Shown here: positions 21,983-34,006 of the stretch, piece by piece
How the letters are laid out: each line of letters begins with the position of its first letter
How positions within the stretch are numbered: position 1 is the stretch's first letter
Assembly (NCBI GenBank): GCA_032718475.1
Contig: JAUCBJ010007217.1
Location: 1-40,648 of the forward strand
DNA: 40,648 nt
Origin: Nemertoderma westbladi
Lineage: Eukaryota; Animalia; Xenacoelomorpha
Reading direction: 5' to 3'
Translations under genes and position numbers: made by a program
The notes under the pieces: model-generated
Seen by the model: only the letters and a program-made list of their open reading frames with translations
The model's database searches: none
What the model was told of the DNA's origin: nothing

Positions 21983-22084
21983 AAAACCTCGTTTGATTAC
22001 TTACAAGAACAAAGCAAAAATTACAGCAATCTTGGGTACGTGCTGGGTTCCAGAACTGGGCCTCGAATGATGAAAAATTATTCC
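21983..22084 (+). CDS. PIFO: PIFO-like coding exon
   Basis: TTTAG acceptor, 102 bp, KTSFDYLQEQSKNYSNLGYVLGSRTGPRMMKNYS (cf. GYTLGART..R), GTTAGT donor; phase 0/0. Confidence 0.78.
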
Positions 22085-22405
22085 GTTAGTATTTAGTAAA
22101 ATCATTTGTACTGTGTTTGTTATCGTTATATACTGTACATATATTATGTAGGTATCATGACGCCTGGTTTGATGTTTGAACGCCCAACCAATATATTATT
22201 CTTTCCATGTCTTCTAAAGAGCACTGGGAAGTGATAAGGCTGTGTGTGGCTTTTGTTCTGGTTCGGCGGAATTACACCAAAAATCAGATACATCATTATA
22301 CCAGATTACGTTTAATTTCATTATGGCGATACTAATGCTCTTTAAGAATTGTTATTCTTAAGTATAAAGTTTCATAATTCTATAAATATTTAATGTTTCG
22401 CTTAG

Positions 22406-22533
22406 GTTGTGACACCAGACCCGGCCCAGTACCAGAAGTCCTGGTCCGACCGGAGACGCATAAACCAGTCTGCGAAACCGTTTCTATCAGGATCGGACCA
22501 GTTCCAAGTACTCAAACCTAAACCAAGTCCGGC
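22406..22533 (+). CDS. PIFO: PIFO-like coding exon
   Basis: CTTAG acceptor, VVTPDPAQYQKSW...AKPFLSGSDQF...PSP, GTAAGT donor at 22534 (phase 2). Confidence 0.78.
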
Positions 22534-22859
22534 GTAAGTGATACACTTAATTACAGAATACCTTCGTGAGGCCTTCGCGCAGCACGAGGCTGGGTCTTTA
22601 AATAAAGCGGCAAAATCTAGCGAGACATAGTGGTACTGCTGACACAAGTTGCGCTCCATGACCCTTCGACTAAGTACATAGTTGAGGTGGATTCAACTCA
22701 CAATTAACGCATTGTTAGGTAGTTCGAGTTATAATCAGGAAGTAGTGTAAACATTCGCACTCGTGCTGAGCAAATGTCTAACCAAATATCACTTTGTAGT
22801 GTTTAGAAACTTTTGATCGACTATTTTATTAAAGGGTAAAGGGGGGGGGGGGGGGGTAC

Positions 22860-23160
22860 CCCTCTTAGGTCAAATGTTCAAATTGTTGCTTCTTTATTTA
22901 ATCTAGAGCAGAATTTAATGAGGATTACAAATCTGAAAACCGCTTAGAGAGTCCTACTTCAGTTCTCGAGTTATCACTGTTTTTCTGTATGACGGTCTGT
23001 CCGTAAAATTGTAATGTAAGAAATACAGGAAACCGTCAGACAGACTAGTTTCTACCAAACATTAAAACTGACATCGGAAATGAAATCAGCGACTCCGAAA
23101 ACCCCCGAAATGAAAAGTTTAGCTCTTTGGTGTGCACCCTTCGTACCAGAAATAATTAAC
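22860..23160. mobile_element. Possible DINE-1/Helentron-like non-autonomous repeat fragment
   Basis: Short inverted pair CTGTATGACGGT / ACCGTCAGACAG with GTCTGTCCGT, and the motif AAATCAGCGACTCCGAAAACCCC that recurs in invertebrate repeats of this kind (from memory). Confidence 0.35.
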
Positions 23161-23539
23161 CAACCAGAACACAGACAGCCAATTTTGGCGCGAATCAGGG
23201 TCACAATTTCTTAATATAGCGTAATAACTACTCTAAACAATCAATCTTTCTTTCTGGAACGACGTTCTTCTAGAAGAGACAGAGTTTCTTGAACCTTTGG
23301 GTAGTTGTAGTCTTCTTCCCGGCGGCACGAGGCACTTTACTCGGAGGGCTATAACTCCTCGGGGAAGGGTGCAATATAATTGCATCAGAAGGGTTGGGGT
23401 TGCGGTCGCTGTATCCGCCGGTCGAGGTACCTGGTTGGTCGATATCCATGGAGGATGTACTTCTCCCTTGGGAAGGTACTTCGGTATCGACACGTTTACT
23501 GGAGGATCGAAGAGGTTGAGGGCGCACGATCTTTAAAGC

Positions 23540-24208
23540 TCATCTCAGGACAGCAGCTTGGACTGCTCCCGCTTTGGTCGTCTGCACGACTGCCATTGGT
23601 AGGCCGTGGGTCGTGAGGAATTTCCGGGGTTGTACAGTTCTTTCCAATTCCCGTTCCCCCGCCTTATACTCATAGGGGCGTCGGTGGACTTCTTGCAACT
23701 CGGGGTGTGCATTGATAAATCTCTCACTGTATTCCAGGTCTCGGCTAATACCACCAAGTCGATTATATGAGTCCAGGTTGTTTGGGTTGATATTTTTCAA
23801 ATATTTTCTCACATATTTGGTGGAAATGGACTCACCAACACGTTTGAGTAGTTCATAACTGGGAATACGAGTTTTCTGCTCGATTTGGGGAAATAGGTAG
23901 GGGTGAAATGTGTACACTCCCTCATAGGCGCGTCCGGGATAGTAACGGTGGCGCGAATCGCAGTGAAGGTCTGCGCTAGCTTCCCAAGCTCGTATGTATC
24001 GCATTACAATCAACTTGTCTACGCTCTCCACATCGTGGCTAAAAGGGCAATCCCAACTAGCGTGTCCCTTTAACTGACAGTATTGACATTGTGTCATGAA
24101 CTGTGGGCAGACCGCTAAGATATGCTTATTATTGACGTGACAATAAGCACAATATATCTCCATTTGGGGTTGATCTTTGAAGTAGGAACAGAGTTCATCG
24201 GAGGTCAA
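23540..24208 (-). pseudogene. Remnant ORF with two CCHC zinc knuckles, probably part of a longer decayed reading frame (~23270-25170) downstream of the second BEL element
   Basis: CAYC-x5-H-x4-C and CQYC-x4-H-x4-C; flanking minus-strand sequence is coding-like but interrupted by stops and frameshifts. Confidence 0.55.
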
Positions 24209-26275
24209 CTAGTAGTATCTCTGTTTGCTTCTCCTCTAGCTGATTCGTCTCGTCACGTTGATGTCGCATTTCTTCCAAGAAATCAGATAAAGAGTATACA
24301 TATCCCAAATCGATGTCTTTCTCCAGGTTTTCGATTTGAATCTCCATTACTGAGTATCCCGAGGGTATCTTGGGTCGCTGCAGGACGGAGGAATGCGTGT
24401 TCTGGGTGCAAACATCTTTAAAGATAGCAAACCCAGCGCAAACCAGTTTCTCAGCGGCGGCGTCTCGGAGGCTGAGCTTGGTCAGTGCGAGGTCTTTAAA
24501 CTGACTATCAACGTTCCGAAACGGAGTCAGAAAGCACCTATGATATTCAAACCGAATGAACTTATTGTGTTCTTATTACGCTCGTATTTGGGAAGTTTAT
24601 TTCCCAAGATGAGGGGATGAGAACGTATCGCTCGGTTTGGTTAACCATCCAGAAAGTGCTGTCTTCTCTCAAATATGGCGTAAATGGCAAAGGAAGGACG
24701 GAGGGGAACACTCGTGAGACTATAAACTTCGCTAATCGCGATATGCTTCTCCTCTCGCTGATTCTTCACATCCGGTCGAATGAGTTTTCCCTAAAACTAT
24801 GGTAGAGAATAAATGCGTGCGAGGTCGATATCATGATAGATTTGTCGTTCCGACTCCGTTGTGCGTGAAACTTGAATAAAACCATCTCTGTTTCCGTATC
24901 CAAAGTGTCAGTATCATGTCAATCGATAGGATGACCCGTAGTTAAGAAATCCATATACGTGCCATTGCAATGCGTATAGCACGAAGTGAATTTTCTATAA
25001 TCGAGTTCTCACTTAAGCTGATCCTTGGTCATCGGTGGTTCGATGTAATCATCATCTGCAGTCGTAGGTTGACTATCATCACCGCTCAACAAACTATCGA
25101 GAAAAGCTTTTAGAGGTTGCGTATATCTCTCCTTAATACTAAGGTCCTATTCTATCAATTCAGTCATTGTATATGGGAGTTTATTGATGATAATTGGGAG
25201 GCTAGGGCTAGCTAGCGTAGCTGCCTGATCTGGCTCCCAACCGGCCTCAGGACAGCCTGAGATCCTTAACGTGGCATGCTTTCTATTGTACTGTATTCTA
25301 ATTATAGTATGGGCGTTGCTAAGGTGACATTATGGAAAGCTAGCAATAGAGATTAGGGGATTCTCTCACACTTGTAATAATAGGGGAATCTCCACTCCCA
25401 TGATCTATTAATTAATTAATTTTAGGGAATATTATAATTGCCTCAAATTGACAATTTTATTTTAATTCATGCTAAGTTATGAATTTAAATTTATTCCCGT
25501 AAATTTTATTAATTTTAGGATGGGCACCAATTTATTTCAGAACTTGTCTGGGGACGTTAACCACTGATTCTGGAAATTTTGTCTTTTAAGTATATCGCTG
25601 GGTGCCACGATATATTAATCGACTAGAATTTCAGATGGTCAAAGGGTTTAACAGATTTACTGGGACAGTTTTACTGTTAAATGGACATCTTCTACTAACG
25701 TATTATTTTAGGAGTATGGTATGAGAGTAATATTGCAATAAGCAATGTCAGTGAGAAGAGACAAGTCTTTTCCAAGGTCTACCCAGAGCTTGGTTTAGCC
25801 GAGACACGAGGATCTGAACTTTGCATTTCTAATACTCTACGTTTACCAATAGTACCTAAGGTACAGTAGGAACAGGTTATACAGTATTGCACTTTAATAA
25901 CTACTACTTTATATAAGTACGACATCTTACTGTAATCACACATTTAGAATAATATACGGATATTAAGGAAAGGGATAAAAAGGAATTTATTTCCTGTTGT
26001 ATCTAAATATATTATTGTGCTAATAGATTTAGTTAATATTACTTACAACTTTATTCTACTAGCTATAATTAAATAAAACGATTATAATAATATAAAATTA
26101 CATAATAAAACGTACATAAATACAAAAATAAACAAATAAAAATAAGTTGTCTTGCGCCTGCTCCCCTAACCATGAGTCAGTGAGTCTCTAGATGTATATT
26201 GAATCTGGGAGGTGGTCGTTGGTAGAGTTTCCTGTTTACCGTAATTCTAGTAGACATAGACGACCAATGGGGTGG

Positions 26276-29200
26276 TTAAGTTGTTGTGTCTCGAAGACGA
26301 TTTTTTCGCCTCATCACAATGAGTTCTACCGATCGCACTAAACCGTCGTCGGATATATGGGTCTCGATGATACGACCTATCTGCCACCTCTGGTGGGGTA
26401 GATCCGAATTGACTATTAAAACCATGTCTCCGGAACTGACATTTTCCTGCTGCGTGAACCACTTAGTTCTAAGCTGTAGCGTCGGGAGATAGTACTTCTC
26501 AAAATGATCAGCGAAATGACGGGACAACAACTGCATGAGTTGCCAAGTTTGTTTACAATATTCGTCTCCGTCGTTTATGTCCGAAGTTGGAAGCATGGCC
26601 ACTGGCTTCTTAAGTAGAAAGTGTGCGGGTGTTAGCGCTTCTAGGGAATCGGGGCTGGAAGAGACTGGCATAAGCGGTCTCTCGTTCAGGTAGGCGGTGA
26701 TTTCCTCCATCAGAGTTCGTAGGAGTTCGTCAGTGAGATACGCGGGGCGCGGCACTACTAAGTGGAATGTGGTCTTGACACTGCGTATAAGTCTCTTCCA
26801 ACTTCCTCCCCACCATGGAGCATTGGCAGCGTTGAAAAGTCCAGCTGGATGCTGTTGGACGCTGTCACTCTCAGCTGATTGCCTACCTGCCGCTGGTTCC
26901 AGTCGTTGACGTAAGCCTTTATCTCGTTGTTGGCTCCGATAAAGTTGGTACCTTTATCCGATCACATGGTGTTGCTAGTCCAAAAACGAGCGATTTGTCG
27001 GCGTAGACTGAGTATGAAACTATTGGTAGATAAATCGACCACCATGTTCAGATGAATCGCTCTACAAGTCATACAAACAAATATAACGCACCATCGCTTG
27101 AGTATAGTTGTAGCGCGATACACTTCAATAGGGCCCAATCAATCCACACTGGTATTAGTAAATAAAGGGTGGTTCATAACAGCTTACTCTTTCCCTAGGT
27201 AATTCTGCCTCTCGCTGGGTTAAAGGCCTAGTAAATGCTTTCCTAAAGGGTATACAGTTTCTAAGAACTTGATTTAGCGCTCTACACAGTTTATAAAAAA
27301 AAATAGCTTGTTCTAACTTCGCTAAGAACTCGTTCCCTACCATCATGATAAAGCTTGCTATGGACATCTAAAATCACCTTGATTTGTATTTCAAGATTTC
27401 TAATGATTATGGGAAACTCAGTGTTAAAGGAAAGTGGCGCATTGGTTAATCTCTCTCCAACACGTATTAACCCATCACACATCATGCTAGACAAGGAATC
27501 CTTTAAGCGCATCCGCGGATTTTTCGTCAACAGGAAATACTTCTCAGGATCCTCATGGCACTGTAGAAGTTTCAGTAGTTGCTAGTTGGTATCATCATGT
27601 TCCTGATGCGTGATCTTGTCAACCAGAAACTTAGTATGTAGCCGATTTTGGGTCAGAGGTCTTTAATGATGTATGACGGTTTATAGGCTGTTTTGGGTGT
27701 AATCGTGGCTCATACGTGATGGCTGTACAGACCACTACATTATTGCAACTTTCCTCGTCCATAGAGAACTCGTCCGTATAGAACTCCTGTTCAGTACTTC
27801 CCCTCATGTCATAAGGGGCATAATCGGTAAATTGAAGCTTTATTTCCACACGGGGGTCTATATCCTTCTGATGCAATAGGTAGTGATGTTTTCCATTACA
27901 CTTAACACATTTGTAGGTGTCCCGTAAATAATACTTGCTTCTATTATGTCCAGCGCACAAGCACAGGAAACATACACTTAAAGAGGTTACAGTTTTTCTC
28001 CGTTTTTCCAAAGGCATTCCAATAAAGTCTGGACACTGCAGGAGCCTATGGGACTCTTTACTACATAATAAACAGCCAGCGTTATAGGTCGCTCATTTAA
28101 TTATCGGTTTTAGTTGTTTCAGGCCTTTACGCTGTTGGTCGCTGCGTTTCTGGCTATCCGAGACATTATGAGTTTTCAGTTAAGAGTTCATTAAGAGTTT
28201 TTCGGATTCCTCCTCACAGGTTGATAGATCAGTTTGATAAACTTGCTCCCGACGCCTAGTTGGGGTTGTTTTGTCGGATTTCGAATCTAGGTAATGCTCG
28301 CCGGATCCACGTTTCCAGTAGTAGTAGTTGGGTTCAGGGGTTTTCTCTCTAGACTGTTTAATTAGCTGTAATCTTACCTCTCCTATCAGGAAAGTTATAA
28401 GGTCCATCATTGTAGGATCTCTCTTATGTTGGTCCTCCAAGTATAGCACCTTTTCGTCCCAACGAGTGCCTACTCCGCCCTTGGGTAAAGATGCTGCTAC
28501 AGCACCTACCACCATAGAACTTTGGTATTCATGAGATTCATCTAACCATTCTAACTGTCTACAGATCTCCTGAACCTCGTCTGAAAACTCTATAATTCCA
28601 TTGCTAGGGAATTTTCTAGGTACTACTAATTTTGCATATAAGTATCTAGCTATGTTAGTCCTATTGCCATACCTGATATTTAGGGTATCCCATACTTGTC
28701 TTAGTCCGTCTGGATGTCCGATGAACTTTAATGCCATCAATTTGGGAGGGCCTTCCAAACACTGGATGAAGAATCTTAACTTCTCTCCGTTTGATAGGAC
28801 AGTGTTTTGTATATTGTCCATATAATATTCATTAAAAGGCAACCACTTCATCTCATCGCCGTTAAACTTGACAACTTCTCCCACCTTTACAGCTTGACGG
28901 GCCTTGGTTCTAAAATCAGACACGTAAAACTCTCCTGAGCCATGGTATTGTTCAATATTGAATTATTCGCATGTAGATTTCTTGGATTATTATCAGGCAC
29001 ATATGGGATATCATTATAAGTGGGTCTATTAATGTTATTAGTCTGATTTGCTATAGGAGTTTCCACTTCACTAGCAGTATAGATGCGTATCGGCTCTATA
29101 CCTTGCACATGTGATTCAGACCTAAGTGGTTGAAATGCAGTTATAGGGGGTGGTGGTATACCCTTTCTTATGTTTAATAATTTATTGCTTTCCAGAGCGA

Positions 29201-31138
29201 GTTGCTGCTGCACTTCTTGCAATTCAAGTTTACTGCCTCGTACTGTTCCCTATAATGTGTTTACAGTACATGTCAAATCCCTTAACTGATCCAGGGACTG
29301 GGATTGGTTTTGAGCCAACCCTTTTATCATCTCATCCTACTCCAATTTTTAACCCCAATTTTGGTTTCGGGGATTTGACAACTAGTTAAGGGGGGATTTG
29401 TACTTTCGAAAGGAAACTTAGAATCATATTCGAGCAGTAAAGGAGTCTCCTTGAATGGAGTAGACTTAATAACAGGCCTACTTATTTCAGGCTCATCTAA
29501 AATAGTAGGAAGCCTATTCGATTCGACTACCCGTGTTATTAACTGGCCAGATTTTAAATCTGTGTTCGCCAATTCTCTCCTCACAGGGGGGGGGGGGGGG
29601 GGGGGCAGTCTGGTAACTTGCATCCTATGGGAGCTCGTCTATGCCCATTAGAATGGGATTTGTAACTCCAACATTCTGATTCAGTTGCAGTCCCCTTCAT
29701 CGGAGGAGGTGACAAATCCGTGTCTCTTGGAAGTTCAACAACTTGTAAGTTACTCTTGAGCCGTTTCTCTTTGCTTCTGTATCAGCTCTTGTCTCTTTTG
29801 TATAGCGTCCAATTCCAGTTAAGCGAATGCTTTCGATGTGGCCTTAGCAGCTGCTCATTTTGTTTCTTCTTCTACCTCCATTCTCTTTGCTGCTTCAGCA
29901 CGTGCTTCAGCTGCATCAGCTTCTCGCTTAGCTCTTTCCTCAGCCACTCTCGCTTTTCGTTTTGCTCTTTCCTCAGCCTCTCTCGCTTCTCATATTGCTC
30001 TTTCCTCTGCCTCTGCCGATTTTCTTTTTGCTCTTTCCTCTGCCGCTTCTGCTTCTCGTTTTGCTCTTTCCTCTGCCGCTTCCGCTTCAAGATTTGCTTC
30101 CTTTTCTATTAATCTCCTCTTCACTGCTCTAGATCTTTCTTGTTCTATAAAAGTTGCTTTGTCCGCTTTATCCTGTTTGGCAGCCGGCATCTCCGCATCT
30201 ATCGCGTCCAGGATGTAACCGGCTGCTTCACTGCGAGGGTGCAGTCCCGCCAGATGTCTTCTTAGCTCCTGATCTCCGATGAATCGTTGGTAGTCCGACA
30301 AATAAATGTCGACAGCGTCTTTCTTAGTTTGCCCTTCGAGTACCGCCTCCCCTTCTCCATAAGAAAGAACAGTGTCAGTGGATTCCCCATACAGGAGTTG
30401 ATTGGCCAACTGATTTTTCCACGTGGCAATTCCCTGGACCTTATCGTTAAATCGTTGAAACCATACCCGCACTGCCACTTGCAGGGAGGTATCCTGTCTT
30501 CTCTTGGAGGCTTCTTGGAATGCTGACAAAATTAGTCTAATTCTTAAGATCCACTCCCGCACTTGGAACAAGAGTAATCCTTGCGCTTGAGGTTCCAACT
30601 GTCCTCGGAATAGTTGAGTTTCCAGTCGTCCCAGGGAGTTAAAGAATCCCTGCACATAACCGGATGCCAACCTCTTCCACACCACCGGGTCTCAGGTCTC
30701 TCGATTTACTCCCAGCTGATGTAGGTCCTCCCATGGAACTTCAGAGAAGTTAAAGGGAATTCCGGGTCCGGGAAAGTTCCATTGTGATTCAACCAAGGAT
30801 TCTAATTCTTCCCGTGAGTATCCGGCGTAACTCTCCTTAGTCGGTCTCCTGTTCTTTGCCAAATCTGCTAAATGCTCCTCCAAAGCCGGAATAATTTGGG
30901 TGAGCATCCCTTCAGGGAGAAATAAGAGTGGGTTGGCGTCAGCTACCTCCGCTATTTTCTGATCAGCCACTGAAGGTGTCAGTTCCTCGGTACTAGAACC
31001 ACTATCGCAGGATTGATTAGGGGATGCTGGTGGATCATTCTGACATAGTTGCTCTACTGCTGCAGCTTGATCTTGTTTTACCTGGGCCCTAGTGCCTATA
31101 ATAGACCTATGTTGCTCCACTAACCTAGGCTCCGACAC
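26276..31138 (-). mobile_element. Degenerate BEL/Pao retrotransposon: long Gag region plus integrase, with PR/RT/RNase H missing; LTRs not identified
   Basis: KFNGDEMKWLPF Gag (28180-28923); CFLC..H and CVKC..HH knuckles (27631-28017); DGLIRVGERL, SVD*LGP, CMTCRAIHL, *SDKGTNF, APWWGGSWKRL, LNERPL..LTPAHFL, WQIGRI..DGLVRSV integrase/DUF5641-type motifs; several stops and frameshifts. Confidence 0.9.
29935..30090 (-). repeat. ~33-bp coding tandem repeat (EAEERAKR-like coiled coil) in the Gag region
   Basis: Repeated TTGCTCTTTCCTC core at ~33-bp spacing. Confidence 0.75.
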
Positions 31139-34006
31139 AACTACTGTAGGGATAGCCTTTCTTACAGTAGGTGGAGACTTTCTACACTTTGATCAGGGTC
31201 ATAGATTGTCTGTTCTAATATGCTATCCGACAGGGTGTCAGGGTGACAGGGAATCAGATATTATAAGATCTTTACTGAATGCCTATTATTATGATACAAT
31301 AGTCAAGTTGGCTTAACTAATCAGTATTAACTTTAACCACTTAACAACTCAAATATACTGCATACACACTAAATTAAAATTGAGAAAAGTATTGTACTTT
31401 AAACCCTAGTTAGATACGAACACTTATATAACATATAACTCGCAGTTAAATATACTTGAACAGCTAAAAGAACCACATCATCTGCTGGAGTAACCAGAGT
31501 ATTTAGTCTTATTCATACAATGCTAAAGAAATTACCAGTCTGTCCTAGGCCAAGCAGTCCTGAAGTAGTACTGGGGTTAATTTAACTATTACAGTATGTA
31601 CAACTTAGCAGAATTATTCCAGGAATAAACTTAGGGACATGACTGTTACAAATTACTTGCATAAACTCTGAATAAAATAAGTATTTTGCTAAATTTTACA
31701 GATTATTAAAACAAAACACAAACTGAAATGCTGACAGACCACCATCAAATCTAAAATAAACTACAGTACATGAAGTTTCCGAAATTATTAGTTAGTATGA
31801 GTTCCAAACTACGTGGTATGACTTATTCTTTAATGGAGGGTTTACCTTACAGCATGGATGCCCCCATTACCTAACTAGCACTTTATCAGACAAATAGCCC
31901 ACAATACCTTAATCTTCTTCAAATCCAACAATAATCAAGCAACAATTCAGCCTGAATCCTGTTTACACTCAGAGCAGGATTACACACCTTCTGCTCAATA
32001 TTACACTTACAGATAAGCAAAGTTGACAGAAATAAGTAAAATCTCAATAAAACCAGGGCTGCAGTCCCTGATTAACTACTAAGACCTACTGATATATAAT
32101 TATCACAATAGAATTAATACTGCTATATGGTACCGGACTGGTACCGCTAGGCCTGCAGGTTACCGCTCGACTGGTAATATACAGGTTTATTGTCCTACGG
32201 AACAATAAAGAGAAAATCTATTAATGTTCGCGCTTTTAGACCTTTGACAGTTTAACCTGCTAATTTATATGTCTATTAATACCTGACAGCCCGTACCAAT
32301 AGGAACACCACTGAAGCCAGTCTAGCGCGATGTATGACCCACTGGAGGTGGGAGACTGGATTCTATGGTAGAGAGAGCCGTAGGACACTTTGTATTATTC
32401 TGTAGATCTTTACTATATAATATCTAAACACTATGCTTATTCTCAGTTAAATACTAACAGTTCCTTTTAGGTGCTGCGCTCTAAATACGACGCAGAGATA
32501 TGACTTATACTAATTACAATTGGCGGACATGAGACAACGCAAATGTTTACATCCTTTAGGGATGTATTATTAATCGTGCACACTCACACTGATGACAATA
32601 GTACTGAAACACGATAATTTGCTGACGGTCACCAATTTTGCTCACATATAAAGAGAAACTTAACTCAAGGACGTTGGGGACTATGAAACAGCATACACTC
32701 ATACAAATCACTGTTATTTGACTATGCAATTGTGAATAGTATTTCCCCTCCACTTACCTCAATCAATCATGAAAACCAAGAGATCTACCAGTTATTTGTA
32801 AGTATTCTCCAACTATTAACATTAATCCATATGTTACAAATTACAATAGATTATAACAGCATAAAACAGTACAAAATTGCGGTGTTGCGGCAATATCAGC
32901 AGTCAGACAGTCAGTATGTTTTGCAGTATGCAAGGTATGCATGCATGAAAACGTGAGTGCCAACCAAGTAATGAGTGTCAAGTGGCAAGTTAATAGATTT
33001 GCGTTCTATGCCTCTCTAGCCGCTGGTGTTTCTGGGCGCAAAGTCAGGAAGTGTATAAACACTCACACTGAGGGGTTGCAATAATATTCTTTCCTGACGT
33101 GGTCAACAAGCATGAATCACATAGAACGCTGTAGAGCCTATGGAATCCGTCAGAACTTCCAATCAGGGACCAGTAACCATGCCATCAACCCGCAACCAAT
33201 GGATCTGGTAATTCAGGTTATGGGATGACTTAGGGGGAAAGTATACTGATTGGACGGTGAATGACACAGAGGTATGAAGACAAAGAGAATACTGTCCAAT
33301 GGCTGGTGATTTCGTAATCTTAGCAGCTGGGTTTCTGTAAGAGTACACAGTGAAGTTCTATACTTATAATAAACGCGGGAGGGAGTAAGTTTATATCAGT
33401 TCATAAAATACAAAGTTCTTAAGAGTTTTTAAGTTTTAGAGTAACCAGCGCATTGTGTAAAAAAGGGGACATTTTAGCCGCAAAAGATTTAACAGGGGGG
33501 GGGGGGGGGGGGGGGGGGGTATACCCCCCTTAATTTTTCTCTAAAGGTCTACCCACTGTGCTCGACCAATGGCTTCAGAAAAAGCAAGAAAGATTCAAAT
33601 CTGAATTTGTGGCCAAAATAATGTATATATCACTTTGACTTTAACTAAAATTATAGACAGGTCTACCAAATAAGTCTTAAGACTGTGTGCGCAATCCCTG
33701 GCTCAATTTCTGTCTGTAAACATATTTAAAGCGTCAATTCTGAACATTGTGCGTTTTCTAATGTTCAGTTAGTTGTAGGGCGTGAGTATAAAGGTGTGAT
33801 ATAAAGTGCTATATTACTTAAACCCTGTGCAAAAATGAATTTACTACGATTAGATATTTAAATTAAATAATAGCCAACAATTTCATTTCTTTATTTTCAT
33901 TAATTATTTAACAATTTACTACCACAATGAAAGAAAGAGTTAAGTAAACAGTTATATTATATAGTTAGCGAGTTAAAACTCAATTTATCGATAAGGTGTA
34001 GCTGAT

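Noticed and set aside
22600-33500. LTR pair, PBS and TSD for the second BEL element
   Set aside because: No matching direct repeats were found by eye, so boundaries are left undefined.
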